NCBI GenBank assembly: GCA_003693705.1
Contig: RBZT01000499.1
Location: forward strand, 1 to 64,000
Reading direction: 5' to 3'
Length of the DNA stretch: 64,000 bases
DNA from: Polymyxa betae A26-41
Taxonomy: Eukaryota > Protista > Endomyxa: Phytomyxea
Under the pieces are notes generated by a model. The model saw nothing but the letters and a program-made list of their open reading frames with translations, had not been told where the DNA came from and did not search any database. Below, piece by piece: positions 11,390 through 22,972 of this stretch. A program made the translations under genes and the position numbers. Numbering within the stretch: the first letter of the stretch is position 1; each line of letters starts with the position of its first letter.

Positions 11390-12144
11390 TTATATATTTA
11401 GAACTTCCTAAACTTTAGTTTGCCAGTCACAGAAATTTAGTCTAGGAATTCCTTACCGGTACCGGTAATTGAATTTCAAAAACCGTCCACTATACTGGGC
11501 AAAATGGTGGCACCGATATCACTTTTTGGTGCGGATTTCAAGAAGGACGTGAAGAGGCGAAAGAGGTGAAAATATCAGCATGAGTCATATGCTGAGTCAC
11601 GACAATACGCACATTGATATGATCACAACAAATTCAATAATATCTTGATCGACTCCATCCATAGTTAAAGGCAATGAGTACAATGGATATTGGAGGCACT
11701 AATGTGTATAAGAATACAGGTGTTCTCATGGGCAACTGGGTAATCATATCTGTCTGTCGTAAGAGTCTTAAATTCATATACGTGATAGGTTGAAGATAGA
11801 TTCATAGTAGAGGCCAATAAACGTAACCAACTAGGTTCAACCTTAACCGATGTCGTAAATACGAGTGAACAGAAGTCAGCATATGAATGGCCAGATCCAA
11901 GTAAATCACGAGATGCAGATACTCGGGCTGGCGTTCCAACGTTCGCTGTACCTCCTGCACCAAAATATGAAACACGAGTTCAGCTGGACAAATCGAGGCC
12001 AGCTGGTCTACAAATGCTGACCAAAACTCCAAGTTTGAATCTATATCAATGGAATGGAACAACTAAATCCCCATTACCTGTATCCGTATATTCGGCAACG
12101 TATACTCTATCGCCATCACGTCGCTATATTCGACAATAAAGGCT

Positions 12145-13089
12145 TTATTCATCAAATCCTGGTAATAATTTCTTCAGAAGTCGTTTTAGAGGCGCCATAT
12201 CTTCGGTATGCAGCAAACCAAATTCGCAAGCGAAGAAAGCAAAATGCTGAAATGAGGAGTTCAGGTGAAGCTCAGCGCCACTGAGCCGGATTTGCTCAAA
12301 GTGTGAATCTATAAGACACAGATCAGTTGCAATAATTTGATACGATTACCGACGTACAGTAGATATGAGCATAAACACGAAATATTCTTCTGAATATAAC
12401 TGACGCTTGCTCAAAGAAATCCAAAGGATATGGATTATTATCTTTTGGGAAAATACTGACATTGCTAAGTACGGATTCAACCCAATCAAATAGCAGATTC
12501 ATATACACAGGAGCAGAAACTTCTTTAGCTTCTGAATCTGATGAAGAAACTGCACTCCAGAGATATTGATATTTACTGCCAGCTGACATGATAGGACATG
12601 ATTTGTTTGTGCAATATTCTGATAAAGATCCATAAACAATAGAGACAACATTGTAGAAATGAATCTATAAGTGCACACATCATCGATGCATATAAAGTTA
12701 GGAACAGTTATACATACAGTATTAACTGCAATCCAATCATTCAATAATTGTCCATTAGGCAGCTGAACAATATCTCGAAGCATTGGTTCCGTAGAAAGCC
12801 TTTGACGAACCCTCTCACGACGTTGACGAACTGTTCCTCGTAAAGTCATTGCTAACAGCTTACGACTTTGTCCATGGACAGACTGCTCCTGTCGAAACAG
12901 TTTCAAAGAGATGCCACTTTTGATATCTTGCTGAGCGTCAATAAGAGCATGGCAGTCTGAATGCAATTGGTCTTGATTGGCGTCGTTATTGACGGAGATG
13001 GTATTGTCAGTATGAATAGGTTGCTGGAGATGCTGCTGCTGATGAGATGGAAGTTCTAGCTGTCTCTCTTTAGAAGGTTTACTTCCCAT
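12145..13089 (-). CDS. MOB1: MOB kinase activator (MOB1-like) with N-terminal extension, multi-exon
   Basis: IVQLPNGQLLNDWIAVNTV|DFYN..CPIMSAGSKYQYLW..VSAPVYMNLLFDWV..IFRRIFRVYAHIY..HLNSSFQHF. The MGSKPS start fits N-myristoylation. Confidence 0.9.
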
Positions 13090-13321
13090 CTGATAGCTGA
13101 GATGGCACGCGACATTCCAATATCATTATGTTACACATCTAATTAACCTATTATTAATATTTGCTCAATCTTGCTGAGACTTACTGATAGTGACGCCTGC
13201 ATTTCCCGTTACAAATACATCTTATTCATGATGCAGTGGCTCCCGTCTTCACAATAATTGAACAGTTCAATTAGGGATGTCATAAATAAATAAGGATCAT
13301 GACGAATGTTAAGGATATGGA

Positions 13322-13330
13322 GGCGCAGCC
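13322..13330 (+). promoter_or_regulatory. Candidate promoter motif GGCGCAGCC (one of ~7 intergenic copies)
   Basis: The same or near-identical 9-mer occurs at 13322, 25520, 25610, 31183, 35686 (rc), 42461 (partial) and 47531 (rc), all in 5' intergenic regions. Confidence 0.45.
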
Positions 13331-13557
13331 CCGATAGTGTAGCAGCCCATCTACCTAATAACTACCTACTGGTACAGTAGGACAGATAGCAATTAGAGCA
13401 GACTGATAGACAGAGAGAACCATCTCATTGAACCATCTACATCTAGCTTCATGAATCTCGGTGGTATCCTCCAACATTAATTCCTATATCGATCTAGTGA
13501 GCCATCTTCCGGGTCAGAGCCCAGGCCCGAGACCAAAACCAAATTCCGATTTTCATC

Positions 13558-14706
13558 ATGTCGGATGTCCGACGACATGGTTTACAATGGCCATTGTCGC
13601 CACATCAAATTGGATCATTGTTTGGTGTCGGGTACACCATTTGCATATTCGTAGTAGTATTGAGGCCAACTTTATTACAACATCTCATATTCTTTTGTAT
13701 TCTGGCAACTGGATTTATTGCCTTCCTTATTACTGTTCTAATCGATCCGCATCTCACTCCAGAGAAAGCACCCAACGATGCTAATCGATTCTGCAATTCT
13801 TGTGAGTTATCTATGGATTCACGTACAAAACATTGTCGAATATGCAACAAATGCATTTATAAGTTCGATCATCATTGTGTATGTCCATTCATTTGATACA
13901 TATTTATATTATTCTAAATGTTAATATAGTTATATTTAAACACATGTATCGGCGGGCGAAATTATCGATCGTTTTTCACTCTGGTGACGCTAACTGCTAT
14001 CTGGTTAGCGATGTATCTAACGCTTACTCTCATAACTATCATCAACGGAATCAACCGTTCTGACTTTCAAGATGTATTAGTTACTTTTTCATAGCTTGTA
14101 TTGATCGCCTCTTATGAACTTGCTTAGAGCTCGTATGGATCCATTTTCGTATATCTCTGTGTATTGGGATGTTTGTCCCTCATTCCTTTGTTCATGTTCA
14201 TGGCCATCTTTTCTCTTTGGGCATTTCACATTTATATTGGAATTCTACGGGTCAGTACCTATGACTGGATCGTCGGTAAACGTGATTCGGATGGCATTGA
14301 GATGCCCGCCCATCAATCAGAGCGGCATCAGGAAGAGATGCAGGCTCGTCGCCAAGAGATCTATGAGCAATGGGTCAGACAGAATCGTCTGCGTCAGCAA
14401 CAACAGCAACAGCAGCAGGAGAAGTTACAGCCTCTACCACCATTAAATCCGTTGGGTTCCAATGCAGGTCCTCAACTTGACAATAAGGCATTTGTATCCG
14501 GCAATGATATCAAAATCGATGTTGGAAATGGTGCAGTTGCAGAAGTGCCGAGGAGTAATAGCGAGTCGATTTTAAGTCAAGTTGAAGAGGTGTTGGGTAT
14601 TGATATCAATGTTAAAGAGGGTCAGCCCATGCCTGTTGTTGAAAAACCACCCGGGATGGTCAGGGCAGAACCGGTCATTTCTTTAAATGTCGAGCAATCG
14701 GCTTAA
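13558..14706 (+). CDS. DHHC palmitoyl-S-acyltransferase with poly-Gln tail, multi-exon
   Basis: RRHGLQWPL..Q N-terminus; FCNSC..RTKHCRICNKCIYKFDHHC|..NTCIGGRNYR; STYDWIV (TTxE-like); TM helices; CAG/CAA run near 14395-14418. Confidence 0.93.
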
Positions 14707-15609
14707 AATGAGCAAGAAGTTGTTGGCGGCTGCTCATGCACATATTTCACATATAAGCTCCCAAGATTGCAAGGGGATTTTATATATGTTCATTGTAGGA
14801 TTGTATTTCCATACATGACAATTATTATGGTGAATCTTGATTCTGTTAGATAGATGCTAAAACCTTTCTCGTTTCTCATACAGTGGCGACTCCATAATCG
14901 ATGTAAATCCGATTTAACCAAATGGATTTTTAATCTATCAAGTTCGATCTCATCTTAAGACATATTCCGAGAGCGGTACCTGCTGATTGTACAAGTTTAG
15001 ATTACAGCCATTGCTTGTCACTGTGCTAAAGCATCAAGTAGTATCGCCAACCAATGCAAATTAGCATTCAAACAATTCCGATTGAGTCGTCCGTTTGCTA
15101 TGGAATATGGAATGGGTTTTATTGGGAACAACATAATTGTCATTGTGACTGATAGAAAGTCAAGGTTGTTTTATACTCGATAAAACTGGTTCCGGAATAA
15201 CATCTGAGTAGGTATTATAAAAATGTTCATCCCTTGCAATAATGTTAGTAATACCTATCGAACGAAATGCCTGAATGTTGTACTCAGATAAAACAGATTG
15301 TAATCAGTTTGCCAGTTGTAGCCATATTCATCAATAAGATATTATACTATTGTTGTATATATCGTTTAAGGGAATTGCCAGGATGACATAATCAAAGTTC
15401 CATCATTTGTGCCTCTTGAAATATACATTCAATGCATGATATACCCTAACTCACATTTATATGTTGGAGAATAACATGATCACATGTCCAGCCATTAAAG
15501 TGCAGCTGCTCTTGTTCGAATGTTTCATGTGATTTGTTTTATGTTATTTTATTGTATGTTTGTATTATTGTGTTCATCGTCACAGAATTCAATGTTTTCA
15601 TTAATCTGA

Positions 15610-16918
15610 ATGTCTATGTCAGTATTAGACGAATATTGTCGATATTATTATAGACCACGATCTTCTCGTCCATCATCTAAACGTCGTAAACGTATTCTAC
15701 ATTGGTGTCTACAGAAATGGCTGGTCATATATCTAGCCAAGATCGCTTCCCGACAATCGATTACCGATGGTCCTGGTTATGGTCCTGATCCAGCATTATA
15801 TTTCACTACATGGCATAAATTAATATTGAGATATAGATCTGATATGCATCTAGCTCATCAATATCGATATAGACGTATTATATGGAAATCATTTACAATC
15901 TGGTTCCAATCATATCAAATCAGATTACATCATTATCTAATCGATATTCGCCTAAAATTTCTTTGGACCAGATGGAAGTATCAATATCTTTATAGTCGTT
16001 ATCGGAGAGCTCTGATTCAAAGTCATATTCGAACCTGGAGGAGATATACTTGTATTCGAATTTTGACCAAATTTACAGATAGAATGAGTATGAAGGTGTC
16101 ATACAATCAATTAATTGTATATTGTAAATCAATGAGAAGGTATACCTATTTACTAATCATTATCTCATTCATTAATAATATCAAACAGAATAGAGACATT
16201 GATTGGACGATCTCTGCATATATCTGCTAATTATCAAGAACGTCAACAACGACGTCAACGTATGCATTTACGAATGTATATTGGTCAATGGAGAGATACA
16301 GTTTATGCTCTCAATGATATCGATAGAAATGTGGATGCAGAAACTCGTTTGAAATTATTAAGACGTATGATACGAGAATGGCATCATGAATATCGATATC
16401 GATATGAACGACTATCTGCTGTTATGTTTATTATATCGATATTCAATAAGATGATGATGATGTCATCATTAACTATCTGGAGAAGATTCTTAATGGGATC
16501 TAGACGTCAGACAGCACATTTAATCAGATTAGAGATGTCATGTCGTCGTATACGTTGGTGTTTTACTGTACGATATTATATTGATATATGGAAAAGGGCC
16601 ATTGAATCAACGAATGTTATTAGACAATATTGGCATAGTTGGATGTATTTTATTCAATTGAGGAATGACAAATTACAAAATAGAAGAAGATTGGAGATAC
16701 AAGTTGTAAGAAATGGTCAGATATCTATGAAGGAATGGCAAGAGCAACGATTGAAACAATTAGTGATAAATAGCTGGATTATGGAGCTAGCTATGAAATA
16801 TTGTATTATGCAGACACAAGATCATATATACAATCAGTATAAGTTGAGGATTAAATATGGATATTATCGTCGATGGAGATCAGCATTTCATATTATAATT
16901 AGACAATATAATGATTAA
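15610..16918 (+). CDS. Trp/Arg-rich repeat protein, Sfi1-like centrin-binding candidate (2 exons, intron ~16140-16188; start uncertain)
   Basis: Periodic hydrophobic-xx-W-[RK] motifs (SFTIWF, HIRTWRRY, IGQWRD, IREWHH, LTIWRRF, IDIWKR, WHSWMY, YRRWRS) in a basic helical protein. Confidence 0.6.
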
Positions 16919-17165
16919 TTGATTGATTATCAATACTTGATTACACTTTAATACTCCTTCTCATCTGTATTGTTTCATATTTCCTCATACTATGTATATA
17001 TCACATATGCAAACCATTCAGTCTAAGATATCAATCAAGGAGGCAGCGATCAGATATCAGAAAATAGATCGAATATAACAATTATGTAAAACTGTGATTG
17101 TTGGAACGTTGAGAGACACGATGAATTGTTATATTGTATTATCTTGCAGATGAATATACAGACTT

Positions 17166-18467
17166 TCAAGATGAATCATTATTTACTTGAGAAAGCCAAT
17201 CTTTTGGATTCTTAAGAACATGAACTAGTTTAGCTTCAGGAGAATTAGATTGAGGTTGATGACAGTATTCCCATCGAGCTGTTAATGGTAATGACATTAA
17301 TATTGATTCAATACGAGCACTACAATATAATTAGATGGTCAGAAATTCCTAATCAATAACTGACTTTGGTGTATGCAGACCGAACTTTGTGCCACGATCA
17401 TAAACGAGATTAAATTCAACATAACGTCCACGACGTATCTGTTGCCAATGTTGTTGTTGTTCATCAGTTGGATCATTACAATGATTAGATACAATAGGGA
17501 AATAAGCTTGATTTACAGCAAATCCACAGGTGGTTAAGAAGTCCATAGCTTGATTCTATGTAATTATTTACTATTGAAATAAATGTAAATGTAATGCATG
17601 ACATACAAATGACATATAATCAATATCATCAAAGAATATTCCACCAATACCACGACATTCATTACGATGTCCAATATAGAAATATTCATCACACCATTTC
17701 TTAAATTTGGGATATAAGTCACTAGAAAACTTATCACATGCTTGCTTTTGAATTTGATGGAAATGAATACAATCCTGAATATATTAATAATAAGTAAAAT
17801 CTCGAATATGATATAATATTACCTGTTCATATAGATATATTGGTGTTAAATCTGTACCACCACCAATCCACCATACTTTCTCATTATCATTAATATCAAT
17901 CTCAAAATATCTATAATTACAATGCATTGTAGGAACATGAGGATTACGTCCATGAATTACAACACTAACACCAGTAGCAAAGAATGTTAAAGGTTCCTTA
18001 ATCTGTATAATATTAGATATACATAAATACAATATAACACATTCATACATTAATATTAGTCAAAGCAGCATGATTAGATCTCATAGCAATGATACCCTTC
18101 TCATTCAGCTGAACATTGAGATACGATATGGGTAGGGTTTAGGGTTTCCATGATAGTATATCATACCTTGGCACTAACAACAGATATATTAACACCAGCT
18201 TTCTCAAATACACGTCCAGATTGTAATACTCGTGTTATACCACCACCTTCATTTATATCTGATCTATACCATACATCTTCATGAAATTGACCTCCATCTA
18301 ATATATAATCATTAAGGTCAATCGATAGGAATTCATTGATATCTAATACCAGGTCCTTCAAGATCTATAACACCTTGACATATACGATCTTGTATTGATC
18401 TAACTACTGATTCAGCACGATGACGTGATATAGCATCTGGCCATAGATCTGAGAACTTCACAGTCAT
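17166..18467 (-). CDS. CPOX: Oxygen-dependent coproporphyrinogen III oxidase, multi-exon
   Basis: [104 protein letters not shown]. Confidence 0.97.
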
Positions 18468-18676
18468 ATTCACCAATATGTTAATTAAATGTGATAGAGG
18501 GGTTCTGTATATGTATGATATATAATAATCGGGTATTATACATATACATACAATATTAATAGTAGGGAATAGATCTCGAATATTGCCATTATATTGCCCA
18601 ACTCACTTGTATTTATCTCGAATAATAAGGGCACACGTCCTTACAATTACTTGCAAGTTGACTATCAGTTTGTATC

Positions 18677-19812
18677 ATGTCTTTGAATATGATTGATGAC
18701 AATGATGATATCATAGATCATGATCAATATAGAAATCATGAGAGAATTAGTCTTGACGATATTATCAATGTATGTCTATTATCAGGATCATTATATTCAT
18801 TAATAATAATAATCTGTATATCAGTTCTGTTTTCCAATCAATATAGAACATCCAGACACTACATTACGATTATATCTATTAGCTGATTATGGACCAGTAC
18901 TACATCACCATTCTTATCTGAAATGTTTATGTAAACGATGTCATGATTCTATACGATCTTTATTAGCTCAAGTAAATGTCTAGTAATATATGAGAGACTT
19001 GATTATTGATATTGTATAGAAGGAATGTGAATCAACTAATCATATACTGGATATAGTTCATGATCATATTCTCATATCTCCTGATCATATACCTATATTA
19101 CATAATTATTTATGTAATCAATGTCATGAACATATTCTACATAATGTTCATATAAGATCTGGAATATCTGGACATACTATAGTTACTGATCATGTAATAG
19201 TGGATTTATAACCAGATCATTTGTTGCATATTGATATATGAATATAGGAGATATCAGTAATGTGTCAAATAGAAGAGATGAATGATATGATATCCATATA
19301 TATTCCAGTTCATGATTTATCATATTCAGATCGTAAACAGTTTCTAGAACGAATACCTAAAAGATTACGATCATATAGAAATTTCACACGTTCTGATCTA
19401 ATCACATTATTTCAGCCATTATTTCCTCAATCTGATTCCTATATAGATTTCTATGTATTTTCTAGGTTATAAGACCACCATTGATCAACTCAATCTCGCT
19501 TTCTAATTCAGTTTTAGATTTGTTCGTGAACATCGTCAGAATGCAATACGGTCCATGTCGAATGTTGATTATTTGACAAAAGAATTAGTGAAAGAGCATC
19601 GCGTGAAAGTATCTCGACGTTATCCTGTACGTACTGATATTAAGGGCAGTACAGATATATTTCAATTATTGCATCGATATAGCTGGCAGATTACAGATTC
19701 ACATAATCGTCATTCAGCTAATACCAATGTACGTGTTGTAATAGATCGTCCTCCAGATTCTCTCTATCAATGGGATGGAAACTTTGTAAACAAACTCCAT
19801 GACTCGCTCTAA
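18677..19812 (+). CDS. Hypothetical multi-exon protein with CxxC pairs
   Basis: ORF pieces joined by GT-AG introns; MCKRCH and LCNQCH motifs; no family recognised. Confidence 0.5.
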
Positions 19813-19957
19813 CTTGTCAGATATCACTTTCTAGATGTACAGAGGTCAATAAACTCATCAATGCAGTACGATCTCTTACAACATGTATATTCGAAATATG
19901 ATAGAAAGGATCTGTATACTATCAGGTATTTATCTGTTAAATAAGGTCTGTAATATA

Positions 19958-20385
19958 TACCACTCTGAGCAAGAATGATTGTCCAATGTCGCACCATTTT
20001 TTTGAGCAACAATGATTGTCTGATTCCCCAGACTATATGATTTCCAATTTCGGATCCGAATTAGCAGACTTCGCATGATACCATTGCGCTCCCTGTTTGT
20101 CAGGTTTCGTCCGTCTCGCTGTGTTGGCGGGTCGGGCAGTGCCGGTGGCCGAGGGCGGTTGCCCATTTCGAGCCAGCGGGTAATTTTCTCGGAGCCATAA
20201 GGTCTCCTCAGCTTCAAAGGGGCATGGCGCAGCCAATAAGCGGGCCAGTACGGATAAAATTAGAATAGAATAAAGTTCATGCAAAAAGCTGCGCTGTGAT
20301 TGTATTATTTGGGCGTCCTGGCCAAAGCACTCCTTATTCTAGATGGTCTTAGGAAACCGGACAATCATTCTTGCTCAGAGTGGTA
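19958..20385 (-). mobile_element. Internally deleted mariner (plant/oomycete DD39D, Stowaway-like), ~428 bp
   Basis: Perfect 27-bp TIR TACCACTCTGAGCAAGAATGATTGTCC with TA on both sides, plus a subterminal TIR copy at 20003-20020. The minus-strand ORF from 20166 contains RNLTNRERNGIMRSLL, like the N-terminal HTH of DD39D transposases. Confidence 0.88.
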
Positions 20386-20645
20386 TATTGCATGTATTGG
20401 TTTCTGGTGCGTTTGTCGGTGTTCTCATCATCAGGAGAGCATTCCAATAAGGCAATGTTGAACAAACTTGCATCGATGAGTCCATCTAACTTGTTAATCG
20501 TCAGGGGTCTAATTCATCGCTATCTTCAGACTGTTTAGGCGGTAGAAGCGTCTGATTTCTCGATATCGTTTAATGACTCGCGAGAGATGTTCTGTGAACA
20601 ATCTCAATAGTCTTAATATTTCTATGATGGGATAGCTACATTTAT

Positions 20646-20981
20646 CTAACTCATAGAGCTTAATCGGTGTTGTAGCCAATTTTCCACTTGAAGCAGGACA
20701 GGACCGCTCTGATATAGTGCCGATTTACAATCTCTTTGTAATATCAAATAGGCAGGTATGATGGACATTGCTGCAAAAGGACGTCGTGCCAAGTTGAGTC
20801 TATTAGGAAATGCGGAAATTGAATCATGAATTGAGGCAAAGTGTGAATAACAGCAATACAGAGCGCTTTCCAGAGCCTCTAAACCACTCTTTGATAGATT
20901 AGTGCAAAACTGCAATATCTGGCAACACGTGTTGATGGCTTTCGTCACGATGTGGGATCTTGATTCTATATATTTGAACAC
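20646..20981 (-). CDS. Hypothetical protein exon or pseudogene fragment
   Basis: 111-aa ORF between two transposon relics with plausible flanking splice sites; no motif recognised. Confidence 0.25.
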   Translation of the reverse strand: MFKYIESRSHIVTKAINTCCQILQFCTNLSKSGLEALESALYCCYSHFASIHDSISAFPNRLNLARRPFAAMSIIPAYLILQRDCKSALYQSGPVLLQVENWLQHRLSSMS

Positions 20982-21084
20982 TTCTATTTGATGCTATTTT
21001 GGAATAGATTTGGACAGTTGGCAGTATTGATTGTCTCTAATACACATGATATTACTACCTATATATTAATATGATGTCAAATAG

Positions 21085-21233
21085 TAGGGGGTATCAAACT
21101 TGCGCATTCCGACGCTTTAAACGACCAATTAAAGCAAGCCATTAAAGCAGACTTTTAAAGCACCTTGGCAGGTGCTTTAAAAAAATTAAAGCGCTTTAAT
21201 TTTTTTGCGAGAAGCCAACTTTGATACCCCCTA
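21085..21233. mobile_element. 149-bp MITE, superfamily unclear
   Basis: TIR TAGGGGGTATCAAA[C/G]TTG (18 bp, 1 mismatch) with internal TTAAAGC/GCTTTAA repeats in both orientations. No 8-bp TSD is visible; the terminal TA could itself be the TSD. Confidence 0.75.
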
Positions 21234-21301
21234 GTGTTGAAAACAGCGCCTCACATCAGGATTTGACAATGTTATATGATCAAATAGTGACAGATGCAGA
21301 G

Positions 21302-22801
21302 ATGTCTCTTATATGATCATATTATACAGAGCCAAGATCGTGTTATTGCAGAACCTATACAATACCTAACTCCTGGTCAATATCACGACCTCGACCTTCG
21401 TATTGATGCATATCATGATCCAAACCCATTCCTGAAACTTCTCTCCCAACATGGTATATAAACTGCCACTTCATCGACCGATGCCTCCCTCCTTATACCT
21501 TTATAGGACTGAATCCTGCAATAGCATCGACAGAATCATCAGAAACGTCATTTGAAGGAAATTTGGATAAGCTGTTGTCACTGACTGATAATGTTGATGA
21601 GTTAAAAGATCATATTGGTCAATTGTCAGAAATTGAGCTGGCTCAGTTGCAGAACGAAATTCAATATAAGCTGCAAGAGTACAATATATGCCAGGATGAC
21701 GTTTTAATACCTTCTGATATTTTACGACGCTGTGATTCTGGACAGGAACCTTTCATACAGCTAATCATGATGTCTATGTTTAGGTAAACTCAGATATATG
21801 ATGTTTTATACAGAGTTTTGATAATGGGATTATATAGCTGTGGAGATCAGGAGCCAATATCTGCATATGGTGCTCTAAGAATTAGTGATTATCTACATAA
21901 TATGCTATGTCATGTTATTGAATCATTACCACGTCCTATACAGTTCTCCAATCTACAATCAATGTTCCCAAAACAATCTCTCATATTTATCAAATGGTGG
22001 AATGCTAAACAGCAGATTAAATCCTCATCATCTGATCTATCTGTATGATTTTTCTAATTAGATTGTCAGAGCGTATTGCTTAACACTGCCAACAGGATTC
22101 AGATATTGGTTCTGAAGATCTCGACACTGATCTTCAAGATGAAGTCCCTGTTGGATCTCAACCTACATCTTCTGATACATTTCAGATAGAGAATTATATA
22201 GATCTGCATAGTCCAAAGTAATTTTGTTTGTTACGTTTATAAATTCGTCACTGAACATGTTATGCAGATCTACAGATTCTGATTGTGTATTATATGAGAT
22301 AGAAGCACCAGCTGGATATCCAGATAATTACAGACTTGGACCAAAGATACGTCAGAATCTGAATCGAATTCGTGAACAATCCATGTCATTGGAAGAATAT
22401 CAAGTAGGAAGTTTTATTATCATTATCCATAACATCCTGATTGTTTTCGTGTTCAGCATTACTGTAAATGCCGACAAACCAGTTTTATAAGCAGACAGAA
22501 TCGATCCAGATTCTTATCATGGATTTCATTGCAACGAACTGATATCGCTCCTGACTCAGTTGAGCGTGTTATTGCCTTTCTAGGGTTAATTGCACATGAT
22601 CATATAGGTGATAGACAATGATATTATGCATTAATGATTATTTGATTGATGTAAATAGGTGCTATAGTTGAGCTTGGTAAAGGTCTACAACATATATCAG
22701 GTCCCTTAACATTTACACAAGTTGAGGATGGTATCAGATCTATTAAAGCAATTCAGTATGATATCGGCCCTAGATCTGGCATATTACAGATTATACCATG
22801 A
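21302..22801 (+). CDS. SPT3: SAGA complex subunit Spt3-like, multi-exon (start uncertain)
   Basis: FIQLIMMSMFR|LYSCGDQEP (first histone-fold region) and REQSMSLEEYQ|HYCKCRQTSF..RSRFLSW, matching the Spt3 TKxMxxEEYxxYxECRQASF motif. Confidence 0.72.
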
Positions 22802-22972
22802 AACTGCATCTTTCAACATTGTTATCAGTTGGTCATTATTGATTCATTCATGACATCATATTAATATCTCCATGAATATATTCCTACGATTCCATTGATA
22901 GCTCTCAGTCGTATACAAGATGGAACAATGACATGGGACCTGGGCCATGATCATTGAGTCGATTGATATCTC

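Noticed and set aside
12125-12159. Non-canonical GA-AG intron extending MOB1
   Set aside because: Splicing there leads straight to a stop, and MOB1 already ends normally at 12145.
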